Source of the DNA: Octopus sinensis
Taxonomy: Eukaryota
Direction: 5' to 3'
DNA length: 64,000 bases
Assembly: GCF_006345805.1 (NCBI RefSeq)
Contig: NC_043009.1
Span: forward strand, 6,386,001-6,450,000
Made by a program: the position numbers and the translations under genes. This document shows positions 13,501-29,350 of this stretch, in pieces (positions within the stretch are counted from its first letter, which is position 1; every line of letters begins with the position of its first letter). Below the pieces are notes generated by a model, which worked only from the letters and a program-made list of their open reading frames with translations, did no database searches and was not told the origin of the DNA.

Positions 13501-14000
13501 ATTAAGTAACTATGCTTATTTAAGTGAAGTTGCTGAGTCGTAGCGGTTCTTCTACGTTTGATGTGAACATGTCGACATAAAAATGATAATATACTCACCA
13601 CATCGATGATGATGATGATGATGTTGAAGATACGCTGATGAAATTTTAATATTTAAAACGGAACCCTTAACAAATGGTGGAAATTTTGTTTTATCCAAGG
13701 AGAGCCCTGGAGAAATTAGCTTTCGAGGATGATGTTCCATGGGAAAACTAAGATTATGGTCTAATCCTCTTCCCTTTCCCTAAATACATGTACCTAAAGA
13801 AGTAAATTTATTCCCAAATGTAGCAAGAATTGCGAACATGCCTTCCAGTATTATATTTATGATGTATATGCAATGATTTCATAACAAGGTGGAGATTCGT
13901 CATCGCCATCAAGCAAAGCTCGCTCTCAGCAGTTTGAATACCATAAACTGTCATCTCTGTCTTTCTTGGACTATCTCTATATATTTACTTTCATTTTATT
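10556..14000 (-). pseudogene. GPCR-like pseudogene copy D
   Basis: WYSNC*ER..PPCY (~13955-13880), ESGIIYK..AL (~12715), IVYCLNAHG (~12470-12440), EFS*..YAC*D (~11975-11935), LR*LHIGMIIM (~11797-11765), PSYSGILS* (~10915, ECL2-like), TFAPV/SLTFNV (TM5-like), LFLKMSIALLAYIF..FLWF (10675-10610, TM6/7-like). Confidence 0.5.
10980..11606. mobile_element. Cluster of three degenerate family A SINEs (one minus, two plus)
   Basis: Family A core at ~10985-11180 (-), ~11218-11360 (+) and ~11390-11606 (+). Confidence 0.78.
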
Positions 14001-14671
14001 ATGCGTCCCATTTTTCTTGTATTAATCTTTCCTCATTTTTCATTGATTTTGCCATCTATTAAAAAGTCTTTATCAGCCATTTATATTCGTTAGGGTCCAA
14101 AATATTTCACTTTCCTACCTAGTACGTTGTGATAGTTAATATAATTATTGTAGTTTTTGGCACGTTTGTGTTCGGTCCACGATATTTTCAAGAGACTTCA
14201 ATATGTTCAAGTTACAAAAGTTACTGATCATTTTTAATATGTTTGTTACAGTTTATGCTTTACTTTCATGTAATATAAAGTTTGAAATTCGAACAATCCA
14301 AATATTTAATTTTGATTCCTGTTTTAAAAATCTCGTGTTATGCTTGGATGAAGGCGTGGTTTATTATATTGAGTACCTGTCCAATCATTTTCCCCTCGGT
14401 TTTTAATACTTTTGTTGGTTGATATTTATTACTGATTATCACTTTAACTTCATTACATATCATTTATTCTATTTTCACATGGATTTTCCTTTCCCAGTTA
14501 CTGTAGTTGCAAATTACTATAGGACATCTCCCTGAGTCGTTTGCATATGCTATGTTGTAGATTTTCATGCATTATACAGTTAACGTGGCTATGATGAGTA
14601 CATATTACAACATAATCTCCCTGGCAGCATCCTTATCATCAAGATTCCAGATGCGATGTTCATTGATTCTG

Positions 14672-14972
14672 CCGTGGTGAGCGCTGACAGAAACGTTGGC
14701 ACGCCGGGCGAAACGTTTAGCGGTATTTCGTCTGCCGTTACGTTCTGAGTTCAAATTCCGCCGTGGTCGACTTTGCCTTTCATCCTTTCGGGGTCGATTA
14801 AATAAGTACCAGTTATGCACTGGGGTAGATGTGTGCCTGTCCTTGTTAGTCCCCTCTTTGTTTAGCCCCTTTGTGGGTAGTAAAGAAATAGGTATTTCTT
14901 CTACCGTTACGTAACGTTGTCTGTCCTTGTTTGTCCCCTCTGTGAGTAGCCCCAGTTGTGGGCAGTAAAAAA
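14672..14972 (+). mobile_element. SINE family A with duplicated tail
   Basis: Family A core; tail gtctgtccttgtttgtcccctct..tagcccc..gtggg occurs twice; flanking direct repeat GATTCCAGATGCG at 14643-14655 and 14977-14989. Confidence 0.88.
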
Positions 14973-15234
14973 ATGCGATTCCAGATGCGCTTGATCATGA
15001 CAGTTCCATAAACAGCGCCACGAAGTAACCATTGAATATTAGTTTAGATACTTAAAGAAATGGACGAAATTTTAAACACTCTCTCAGCTTAGTGGAAATA
15101 ATGGACGAAATCTTACTCATATCACACACATTCAGCTTAGAATATATAAAAATATATGCAGAAACATGACAGAAAATGTTGTCAAAGATACATTCTTTCA
15201 GCAAATGAACTGGATATTCATGGAGTGTGTTCTT

Positions 15235-15409
15235 TTATTTTTATATTCTTGTATTTGTTTCAGTCATTTGTCTGCGTCCATGCTGGAGCACCGTCTTTAG
15301 TCAAACAAATCGATCCTAGGACATATTTTGTGAGCCTAGTACTTATTCTATCGGTCACTTTTGTCGTAATCACACCAGCATCGGTTGTCAAGCGATGCTG
15401 CGGGGCACA

Positions 15410-15474
<65 letters not shown>

Positions 15475-15637
15475 CGACGCGCTTCTTTCAGTTCCCGCCT
15501 ACCAAATCCACACAGAAGGCATTAGTCGGCCCTAGGCTATAGTAGAAGACACTTGCCCAAAGTGCCACGCAGTAGATTCGAACCCGGAAGCATGTGATTG
15601 AGAAGCAACCTTCTTGACACGCCGCCACGTGGCGCCA
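15235..15637 (-). mobile_element. SINE family B
   Basis: Reverse complement of family B, with internal CA/TA repeat. Confidence 0.85.
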
Positions 15638-16339
15638 ATATGCTTATGAATGTAAATCTACTCGCGCAGTAGTGACTCAGGATTGAACAAGAGACAAAAC
15701 ATTAAAGTACGATGGAAATAAGTAGCCTCCAATCTGGCAAAAAAACAATCACTAATTGTCTTTCAAATCCCAACCGTTCAGAAAATACAAGAAACCCTTA
15801 GTACTATATGTAATCTGGCCATCTTGTTTAAGGCCTACCCCTAGGTCTTCATCCGTAAAGCCTGTCTAGCGATTCTTTCCTGGGGCGGAATCGTAAAAAA
15901 ATTAAATAGACACAAAAGCAGAGCATTTGAACATACAGAATTCCTACTCAAGCAAGGTTGATTTGCTACTAAATATTGACTATGACAAAAGAAACAATGT
16001 TTCGGAGCAACAAAAAGAAAGCACAAAACATTAATACTCGGTTTGAACTTGTGCTATACAGCAGAGTGGATTTGCGTCTGCATAGAAAATAGCTATATTT
16101 CTATAGAGTAGAAGGAAATTTTAATTAATTGTACCAAATGCGTTGAAGGAATGACGGAAAAGTTAACGTTAAAAGAGTCCGCTATAATTAGAGCAATTGT
16201 TATTGGGATTATCTAACTTCATTGCCACTTTCAGCTTTTGGTCATCAGTTGAAGGAACACAGGTGAAAAAGCCAAAGTAACTAACTTCAATTAGTTGTTC
16301 GTTCTTGCACTTATCTATTGCCATGAATCTTGGGTAATG

Positions 16340-16650
16340 ATAGAACATAAGCGGAAGTAATGAGGTCCCCCGAACTGATTCTTGAGTAACGTTAGGGTCA
16401 CTGTTTTTTGTTTTTTTTTACTGGAAGAGCTTAGTTCAAGCACTAGTGACATGAGGAACGAATGTCCCAGGAAAGAATAACTAGACAGGTTTTACGGCTG
16501 GAGACCCAAGGGTAGACCTTGAAGAAGATGGCTAGATTACTTACAGCAGCTCAGTTTCTTTTGCTTGGTGATCCACCCGGATCAAAGAGGTGCTTGAGGA
16601 CTCTGACCGCACGAGCCACTCAGGAATAAATAATGATTGGATGATTAGGT
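16340..16650 (+). mobile_element. RTE-type LINE 3' fragment (related short minus-strand piece at ~15815-15895)
   Basis: Frame-broken translation RMSQERI..RQVL..RPKGRP*RRWLDY resembles the RTE C-terminal GRPxxRW motif. Confidence 0.6.
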
Positions 16651-17154
16651 GATTAGGCATAAGCAAACTTCAGTTTAGGGAAAATATGATTGTGACATAT
16701 TTAGGCTTCTAAATGCAAATTTATCTGCAAATTTATACATGTAGTATAGCCAACATATCTGCCTAGATCAGCTCCCATTCGGAACCCCTGACGAGGCGTT
16801 TGAAGTTCTTTAGCAGTATCAAGGGCAAATACCGAAGTGAGGTAACTTTCAGCAGATTTAAAGGTACAGCTTTAAATAATGGACCCAAAAACATTGACCG
16901 AGTTGATCCAATGGATCTTTAGCTAACGGTGCACTAGTGTACCGATTGTCGGTTGTCATGTTGCGCCATGTGCCGAAGATTGGCACAGCCAGACGCAATG
17001 TAATATAACGTCGTTTATTCGGAAGCTGGAACGGAGCATCAATTTCTTTTCCTTAGGTACACTTCCATATTGCACATGTTTAGCGTCACACAAACACATA
17101 CACACACACGTATATATATACATATACATATACATACATATATATATATATATA

Positions 17155-17245
<91 letters not shown>

Positions 17246-17973
17246 CATGTATGACGGTTTTGGTTGCAGCCCGGAATACTAATCGTGGTATATTCCGTCC
17301 GTTGCGTGATCCTATATATTTCAATGCGGTCGGAATACGGCTATAACGTAATACAAAGAGCACACCAATTATGAGAGGAAACATAAATTTTGTATACCAT
17401 TTTTTGACTTCTTACACATGTTTCTGTGTTCAATAATTGACCAAATATTATGAATAAGATTTATAAATGCAATTTATAAAGAGAATTTGTCTTATGGAAA
17501 GTGTCTTCATACAGGGTCAAAATACGAATCTTAAATTCATGCAGCATCTTATATAAATACCTGAGATATGCAAGGTGAGCATTTAGAGTGAAGAGGCGGA
17601 TTTTATGTATGTTCACCCATAACAATAAATATGTATAGCAGCATATATAGTGAAGCAACGTAGGGGCCAAACGGAAGGTGAAATCAAAGGTCAAGTTATA
17701 TTTACCTAGCCCGGATGTAGACAAAAAGGAAGTGTTGCTTTCGGTTGCGGAGCAGTACGGTATTTCGATGACCAGGTTTAGAGGGTGATGTGGAGGCGGT
17801 TATGTATCATCTATGGTCGAACGAGACATAGGTTTTCAATTCGATACGAGAGTGTAGCAGGGGTAATCATTTGTCTGCGTATGCATGTGCATGTACCCAC
17901 ACCGCAGTGATGGGTACATTCACATACATAAACATATATTTATACATACATACACACATACACAGTCATGTAA

Positions 17974-18047
<74 letters not shown>

Positions 18048-18049
<2 letters not shown>

Positions 18050-18736
18050 ATTATATAAAAGGGCTTAGTAAAATAAATTACTTTGCCGCATACTGAACTC
18101 ATTAGAAATAGTAGCTAAAAAAACTTTTTTAAACTATTTCTAATACTTAAAGAAAACCTCTCTTATATAGTGTTTGCTCAATTCAACTCACGAAAGTATG
18201 GGGGTAAAGACATTAAAAAATCAAATGCAAGGTTATTTGAGAACGTACGTTTCAAGATTAGTCAACTCGACATTTCTATCATCAGCTCAGAACTCCTTGG
18301 TTTGGATTTGAAAACACTGAAAGTGGGAGCATACCCTTTCGGCTTCTTATCGCTTCTGAAGATCTGCTCGAAACTAACAGTGCCAGCAAACTCAAATATG
18401 CAAGCGAAGAATTTCTGCTCTCCCCTTTCCACCAGCGTGGGCTAAATTCAGCAAACACCATGCTTTTTCGGTAAAATCCGAGGCATTAAATAGAGAGAGA
18501 TGAATTATAATTTCAACAATTGAGGGTAAAATTAATTAATTATTAATCAATTTCACCAAGTATTCAGTATGCAAAGGGACCATTTAAGGCGAATTCAAAT
18601 TATTACATTATATAAAAGGGCTTAGTAAAATAAATTACTTTGCCGCATACTGAACTCATTAGAAATAGTAGCTAAAAAAACTTTTTTTAAACTATTTCTA
18701 ATACTTAAAGAAAACCTCTCTCATATAGTGTTTGCT
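18048..18736 (-). mobile_element. Penelope-type terminal (pLTR-like) unit of ~557 bp plus a ~130 bp direct repeat
   Basis: acattatataaaagggcttagtaaaataaattac...tagtgtttgct occurs near-identically at ~18048-18178 and ~18605-18736; the unit contains a hammerhead core and sits between TA microsatellites. Confidence 0.7.
18238..18289 (-). ncRNA. Type I minimal hammerhead ribozyme-like motif
   Basis: Minus strand UGAG-CUGAUGA-[UAGA..GUCGAGUUGAC..UCUU]-GAAAC-GUAC-GUU-CUCA: stem I UGAG/CUCA, intact core, palindromic stem III loop; the stem II closing pair is a U-U mismatch. Confidence 0.7.
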
Positions 18737-18884
18737 ATATATATATATATATATGAATATATACATAAGCTTACAGGCATATAGAGACGTGTGTACACTC
18801 ATATAGAGACACAAGTATGGGCCTTATATATGTGCAAATATATATGGACTTGTGTGTATGTGAGTGTATGTGTGTGTGTGTCTT

Positions 18885-21010
<2,126 letters not shown>

Positions 21011-21332
21011 ATTGTTGCATATGGAACCGCGCCTTCATACCATAAAATTGTACATATTGGATCTTCTGACATATTTCAACACCATACCTTTTTGTCTGAG
21101 CCTGTCATTTTTAATTGATTCTTTACAAATTATTTATCATCTGTTTTGTCTCGTTGTATGATTGATAACTTTTTTTTTGTTTTCTGAGGTTTTTTGTTTA
21201 TTCATTTCTTTATCCCGTTCATTTATCAGATATATGTTTGATTGACAGATTGGAAAATGCTCAAAGAATATGCAAATACGGAAAAAGGTGTATACATACG
21301 TAAGGGTATATACATACATAGCTACACACACG

Positions 21333-21412
<80 letters not shown>

Positions 21413-21766
21413 ATATATTATTTACATATATATATATATATACATATATTCACTTTCGTATCTATATAAAAACGCACACACACTTATATACCGCGGTACA
21501 CACACAAACATGTATTAATATATTATATATTTGTGTGTATGCTTGTGTGTGCACGCGCGTTCGTGTTTGCGCCTCTGTGTGAGTGTGTGAGTGTGTGAGT
21601 GTGGACATTTCCAGTATAGATTATTAATTCACTGTGTAAGTTTGTATTCGATTTAGTTTCAATTTAACACACCTTGAAAGCAGTTCACTTTGTTTAGCTA
21701 AAATTATTTAAAAGATTTAAACATACGGTATATATAACTATCACAATCAATATAACATATTTTAAA

Positions 21767-21822
<56 letters not shown>

Positions 21823-22299
21823 GTCCACATGAAAAGGTCAGCTGATGCGTAAATATCTAAGTGAAAAAAATGATTTGCTGACAAAAACACGAAAAAAACA
21901 TTTTTTTCATTTCAAAATAATAGGATAATCTCACAAACATAATCTTTTGAATCCCTTACTTAAATCAATAGTGAATGAAATCATAAGTTTGGTTGTGCAC
22001 GAGAAGTATTTCTTTTGAAAATAACTAGTGTTTTGAAATTATATTTCTATATTTTCTCCCTTTTTTTAAGAGATTTGCTTTACCAATATCTAACGCACCT
22101 TCTGAGATTTCCGGAGGATGTCTACATGACAGTTTCTACAACTAAGCCTTTTATACTCGAATAGGCAGACATAAAAATTGCCTTTGAATATCTCGTAATA
22201 TAAATCGTAATTTTGAGGCTTCTGAGATCAAATCATAAGAGTGTCGGTTTATAAGATACTTGACGCACCTGAATCATTCCTAGCTAATGAAATACTGAG

Positions 22300-23272
22300 T
22301 TCGAATTTTGACACAAGTCCATCATTTTGAGGTAGAGGTTAAAACGATTAAATTCATCCCGGGATGCTCTACTGGTACTTTTTTTATTGACTTCGATAGG
22401 ATGAAAGGCAAACTCTCACCTCGGCAAAACCTGAATTCAGAAATGTGAAGACGAACTAATTACCGCTAAGCATTTTTCCCGGAGTGCAAACGATTCCGCC
22501 ATCTATTCTTTTCAAATTTTCGCTCAAGGGCTGCAATTTTAAGAGAGGGGTAGTCGATTAGATGGAGACCAGTGCTCAACTGGTACTTATTTTACGGACA
22601 TCGAAATGATAAACGGCAAAGTTTACCACGGCTGAATTTCAATTCAGGGCGTAAAAACGGACGAAATGACGCTAGGCATTTTCAGACGGCGCGCTAAGAA
22701 TTCCGCCAGCTCGCAGCCTTAGGCCAATGTAATATTCGGTTGAAATTTTTGCACAAGGAGAACAATTTCGTCGAGGAGTTAAGTTGAGTATATCGACCCT
22801 AACGTTCAACTGGTCCTTATTTTATCGACACGAAAGATTAAAAGGTAAATTTAAACTCGGCGGGATTTGAACTCAGAACCTAAAGACGGACGGAATGCCG
22901 CTAAGCATTTTTCCAGCATGCTAATATCTCTGCCTACTCACTGCGAAAACGAGTGACGGCATTCTGCTGCTGTAGATCTATTCTTCTGATAATCATGGAA
23001 CAATGCCTAATGTATAACCTTGTTCAGTATGCCGTATTTCGGTAGTTGGGATAAAATATTCTTTTCTACTCTAGGTACAAGGCCCGAAATCTCTGGGAAG
23101 GGGACCAGTCGATTAGACGACCCCAGTATGCAACTGGTACTTAATTTATTGATCCTGAAAGGATTAAAGGCAAAGTCGACCTCGGGGGAATTTGAACTCA
23201 GAACGTAGCGGCAGATGAAATACCGCTAAGCATTTCACCCGGCATGCGAACGCATTACAACTCACCACGTGG
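22300..23272 (-). mobile_element. Four head-to-tail family A SINEs
   Basis: Family A reverse-complement core at ~22300-22500, ~22515-22722, ~22742-22940 and ~23060-23272. Confidence 0.82.
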
Positions 23273-23337
23273 GGATAATCGAAATTCCTCTTTTCTTTTA
23301 CTACTATGTATATATATATATATATTCATATATATAT

Positions 23338-23541
23338 AGGGAGAGTTTACGAAAAAAACAAAAGACGAATACAGGTGGTGTACAAAACAAACAGATGTAT
23401 TAGTATAACGCCCAGGAATAGAAAAAGTATTTTACGTTTCGAGCCTACGCTCTTCTACAGAAAGAGACACAGAAAAAACAAGGAGAGAAACCAGGAGAAA
23501 AAAAAATGTGTGTAGTGGCTAGTGTGTATCATGGCGACTAG

Positions 23542-23543
<2 letters not shown>
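23338..23543 (-). mobile_element. Penelope-type terminal fragment with hammerhead-like core variant (second copy at 33610-33802, plus strand)
   Basis: Minus strand CTGTAGA-A-GAGC-GTAG-GCTC-GAAACGT; homologous to 33610-33802 in opposite orientation; flanked by TA repeats. Confidence 0.55.
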
Positions 23544-23589
<46 letters not shown>

Positions 23590-24051
23590 CGGCAGGTGAG
23601 AGAGTGCTGCGTGTGTAGTACACTGGACAACAATTGTGGTTACGGAAGTAACGTTATATGGTCACAAACGGAACAAATATTTTACTTGACTGTATGTTTT
23701 ACTTTCATTTTTAGCCTTCGTCTTACATTCGTTAATTACTCCCTGTTTTGTCTATAAATTCACAACCGAATATGTCCCTCACCATTCCTGGCTAACGGAT
23801 TGAACACACAGTCACTAAGAACACGCTGTATTAAAACCGAGCAAAAAAGTGTATAATTAAGGGGATACGTTTTATAACATCACAGGAGGAGATATGTCAG
23901 CATTAAGGAATGCATGACAATCAGTTATACAGTATCTCACCCGTGAGAGATCGATGCACTATGTGACGAAACGATCGTTGTGAGAAATAAAGTTTCTAGT
24001 ATATTCCGTTTTTTTATTCCATCATTTGCTACATGTGTACTTTTATAGACA

Positions 24052-25319
24052 GACATACATACATACATACATAAATACATACATACATACATACATACAT
24101 ACATACATACATACATAAATACATACATACATACATACATACATACATACATACATACATACATACATACATAAATACATACATACATACATAAATACAT
24201 ACATACATACATACATACATAAATACATACATACATACATAAATACATACATACATACATACATACATTACATAAAATACATACATACATACATACTACA
24301 TACATAAAATAACTACATACATACATACATACATACATACATACATACATACATACATAAATTACATACATACATACATACATACATAAATACATACATA
24401 CATACATACATAAATACATACATACATACATACATACATACATACATGCATACATACATATATACATACATACATACATACATACATACATAAATACATA
24501 AATACATACATACAACATAAATACATACATACATAATACATACATATACATACATAAATACATACATACATACATACATACATAAATACATACATACATA
24601 CATACATACATACATACATACATACAAAATACATAAATACATACATACATACATAAATACATACATACATACATACATACAACATACAATAATACATACA
24701 TACATACATACATACATACATACAGGAATACATACATACATACATACATAAATACACATGCATACAGAAATAAATAAATACATACATACATACCTAAATT
24801 ACATACATACATACATAAATACATACATACATACATGCATACATACATACATACATACATACATACCTAACATACATACATACATACATAAATACATATA
24901 TACATACATACATACACAAATACATATATACATACATACATACATACATACATACATACATAAATACATGCATACATACATACATACATACATACATACA
25001 TAAATACATACATACATACATACATAAATACATACATACATACATGCATACATGCATACATACATACATACATACATACATACATACATAAATACATATA
25101 TACATACATACATACATAAATACATACATCCATACATACATACATACATACATACATACATAAATACATACATACATACATACATACATAAATACATACA
25201 TACATACATACATACATACATACATACATACATACATACATAAATACATACATACATACATACATACATACATACATACATACATACATACATACATACA
25301 TACATACATACATACATAC
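24052..25319. repeat. ~1.27 kb (ATAC)n array with ATAA/ATGC variants, continuous with a family B SINE head (25320-25440, minus)
   Basis: Directly visible; source of the MYVC/HTYI ORFs. Confidence 0.97.
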
Positions 25320-25859
25320 GCCGGGCTTCTTTCATCCGCAAGGCTTTGGTCGACCCAAGGACATCTGTCCAAAATGCTATGCAGTGGGACTGAACCCGAA
25401 AAGATGTGATTTGGAAGCAAGCTTCTTACCACACAGCCATGGTAGCACCTATGCATTCGGAATATGAGCGAAAGTAAGAGACTGAGCCATCAGACAATTG
25501 GACAAAGACAAATACTGTGAGAGGAGAAATGCAAATATAGAACGAAGCAAATAGGACGAAAATACAGTACTATGCATAAAATAGGACATACGGAGAAAGC
25601 CGGAGACAGGCGAGAAGAGACGGAGAATGGCGAGAAGAGACGGAGCAATAATAATGTCGGTTGGAATTCATGAATGAATGAGAGAGGAAGAGAGGAAGAG
25701 AGAGAGAGAGAGAGAGATGTAGAGACCGAGACAGAAAAGAAAATTCAAAACATAAAAACGTTTGTCTTAATATTGTCTTAATATTTGTGTGTATATGGAA
25801 TGGAAAAAAAAAGACATATTTTGTAGATATCAACATATATCTTTGGGAAAAGATATATA

Positions 25860-26255
25860 GAACAGCAGTTCCTAATGGCATGATTTCATTTAAACTATGT
25901 CTATACAAACTTGATAAGCTCTGGGGACGTTTTCTATAAATTTCTACAACAAAGAAACTATGATTTAGTAGTATTTTGGAGTTTCATTAGGTTTTGTGTT
26001 CTAATTTTGACAAGAGATTTGTCTAAGCTTCCCAAAGAATTCTCTTAGCAGCTACATTTATTTTCCTTTCAAAAAATTTCTTAACATTCAGTAGCTATTG
26101 GTTTATGGTATTGTGCAGAGATAGGTAAGAAATGTTTAGAGACTATTACGTACTTACATGTATTTGTATATATTTGTATGTTTGTGTGTGCGTATGCGAC
26201 AAGGAAAAATAATTTGAATGCTCGTGTTAACGGTTCGTACATTTGTGCTTCTGTT

Positions 26256-26291
<36 letters not shown>

Positions 26292-26613
26292 TACACACCC
26301 GAGCACACACAATCTTATTTGTGTTCGTATGCTCGTTGATGTGCGCGAGACAATATATCTATGTATGTATCTATCTATCTATCTGTCAGTCTACTTATCT
26401 GATTCTCTTTCTCACTTTCTTCTCGCTCTCTCTCTCTCTCTCTCTCCTCTCTGTCTGTCTCTCTCTTTGCAAACAGGTATATATTTAGGAATAATATATA
26501 ACTATATATATGTATTTATATATATATATATATAATATATATATATATATATTATATAATTGTATATATATATATATATATATACATGTATATATAATAT
26601 TATATATATACAT

Positions 26614-26665
<52 letters not shown>

Positions 26666-26686
26666 AATATATATATATATAAACCA

Positions 26687-26733
<47 letters not shown>

Positions 26734-27090
26734 CGTGTGTGTACGATACTTAAATAAAATATTGATGTGCAACAGGACATATGTAATTACATGTACAAAC
26801 ATCCATTTCTATAAGAAAAAAGTCACCCGTTCTTTACACATGTTAATTTAACATTGGAAACAACATATTTACAATGCTTATTCATCTTGCAAGATTTGTT
26901 ATTGTTGCAGTTATTGTTGTACGTCTTAGACTTTAGGCAGAAACAAAATCTCGCAAAACATTCACAATGGAATAAAACGTGATAGGCGTTTTTGCCTCTA
27001 TTTTCTTTCAATTATGATATGTTTTTGATAATCCTCCGCGGAATGTATCGCAATTCAACATCGCATATGCTGCTTGTGTATCAGAGTAAA
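25860..27090 (+). pseudogene. GPCR-like pseudogene copy G (7TM region)
   Basis: One frame reads KLCL..SFIRFCVLIL..LSKLPKE..AIGLWYCAEIG (26106-26126, ECL1 WxCxxIG-like); after the microsatellite, KTFTME*NVIGVFAS..QL*YVF (~26955-27026, TM6 and TM7 LWYxF-like). Confidence 0.5.
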
Positions 27091-29007
27091 TTAATTTTTC
27101 TTCCGTTTTTTTTTTTTTTATTTAATCATTTATATTTTTGCCTGATCAATAATGATATATGTATAAAGAAAATTTCATTACTATTCTAGAAAATTACGTA
27201 TATATAGGTTTTATTCTTCCGAACAAAAGGATTATCAAAATATGACGTAGAGAGATATCATTTATAAAGTTTTGTTTGTATATTATGAATTAATCTATAG
27301 AATAGAAGGCGGCTGCACTTGATTTCAATTCTTTATCATCCTTGCTTTTAATAACAGAGTTAAGTGAATAAATAAGAGATTGATAGAAAGATTGAATTAT
27401 AAAGAGATGCATTGAACGTGGGAAAGAAAATGGAGAAACTGGATTCAACATAATACTTTTCCGATGATTCTCTATATTTCGCTTAATTATTACTGATTTC
27501 CAAATATTAATTAATCTTTATATATTGATTTTAAAGCAGCTGAGTGTGAAGCCAGCAGTGTCATATGTGACAACTTCAGAAAACTGGTAATGAGGTTTAG
27601 GTGGCTGGTATTGTAATTCTCTGAATCTGTGGCGATACAAGAAGCGTTGTAGAGGCTGGTGTCGTAATCAGATAGCCGTTGTTGGTATTATGAGAAGCTG
27701 TAGTGTTGGTATTGACTAAGTGAGAGAAAATATTTTATCAATTTTGCTAGTGGACAAATTAAATGCGAGGTATATTAATGAAATGTAATCTGGGAATACG
27801 CTTTTTGGCCCTTTTCTTTTTTATTCATTTACTTTATTTAACAAATTCTTCAAAACCTTTGATTTCTTTCTAGATTTTTTTTTTACTTCTTTTTAATTGA
27901 AATCGTAAATTGTAAATAAATATTATGATTTGCATCTGTTTATTTTATTTTATGTTATTTTGTTTTCCTCTTCTGCTAAAGAGTAAATTATTTGCGAAAT
28001 CTGTTCAGAGATTCATATAAAATTCCCAAAGACAATATAGAATCGGTCTAATCGATGAATTCTTTGCTGCAGCGAGTCAATATTTTCTTTCTCTCTTTCA
28101 CATTCTAATTCTCTCCAATATTAACGAGTCTCCCACTCTCCCCTGCATCTCACTCTCCCTTACTCTCTCTCTGGTTCTGTCTTCATCATTACCGCCCTCT
28201 GTCTCATTATTTCACTTCCCTCCCTGTGTCAAGAATAAACCGTTATTATTTTTTCACAGCAATGTCAACTCTGTTTCAAACACTCATGTTACAAATGGCG
28301 TTCCATCCACTGTTAAACAACTTAGAAATAACAGATACCAACATACACTATCAATGAAAAACACATTGACACACCCATACATATGAATGCGCTTATAACT
28401 GATGAAACCAATATGAACACAAGCTATCCCCAAACTACGAATACACACATACAGATGGTTTAATTAAGCCGATAAATATAGTTTCTCTCCACCACATTTT
28501 TTCGTAATTTCCATTTAAAATCAATCACTGATGACATTACAGACGCTGTATCTTATTTTATTTCTTCTGATTTGTAATAGCTACATTCATACGGTGTCTA
28601 TTGGAACTGAGAGCACCAAGAAATCCGTTCCAAAATTTGCATTTTATATTTGCTTAAGTCATTCTATTTATGCTTACCGGAAGTATGTTGAAACAGGATC
28701 AGCTCAGAAAAATATCCAGCAAACACAGAAAGAAAAAAAAAACAATTAAGGTATATGATATGAACTTTGAAACTTCATCTAGCAGGAAAACTTGTAGGTT
28801 AAACATTTCGTTATAATAAATAAATAGTACCCATGATGTTTATAATTAGAAATAATCGCATTTATGTCACTTGTCATCGAAGGAGAAACCAGCTTTAGAA
28901 ATGATGTGCATTTCATTAATCAATGTGCGTGTCTTGGCACACACATATATATACACGCATACACACTCAACAAACATACAGACTCACGCACACATACATA
29001 TATACAA

Positions 29008-29034
29008 TGAGATAGATAGGTAGATAGATAGATG

Positions 29035-29102
<68 letters not shown>

Positions 29103-29103
29103 T

Positions 29104-29139
<36 letters not shown>

Positions 29140-29140
29140 G

Positions 29141-29196
<56 letters not shown>

Positions 29197-29199
29197 CAT

Positions 29200-29289
<90 letters not shown>

Positions 29290-29350
29290 GGATAGATGGA
29301 TAGAAAGATAGTTAGATAGATAGGTAGACAGATAGATTGATAGATAGATA
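29008..29350. repeat. (GATA)n microsatellite
   Basis: Directly visible. Confidence 0.97.

Larger units (their letters stand above)
14560..17920 (-). pseudogene. GPCR-like pseudogene copy E: near full-length decayed
   Basis: ECTHHCGVGTCTC..DYPCY (17920-17850, SMB-like), LVIEIPYC, HIYCYG, HNWCALC (~17375-17355), NQPCL..LLLCLFNFF (ORF 15841-16026, TM3-like), FLYFLNGW (~15793-15770, TM4-like), FCLLFNPESLL, SKLIF..VTSW (~15050-15015, TM6-like), CQGDYVVI (~14626-14603, TM7 QG motif). Confidence 0.58.

Noticed and set aside
22300-23272. Regularly spaced repeats suggestive of a CRISPR-like array
   Set aside because: Units are ~200 bp diverged SINEs in eukaryotic DNA; no short identical repeats with unique spacers and no cas genes.
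23937-25456. Long ORFs (up to 307 aa) of MYVC/HTYI repeats
   Set aside because: Translations of the (ATAC)n microsatellite. The same applies to all YIYI, LSIY and HTHT ORFs in the track.
26092-26124. Apparent signal-peptide micro-exon (AIGLWYCAEI) with a strong GTAAGA donor
   Set aside because: The same frame extends upstream through TM1/TM2-like remnants, and WYCAEIG fits the ECL1-TM3 start of copy G better than a leader exon.
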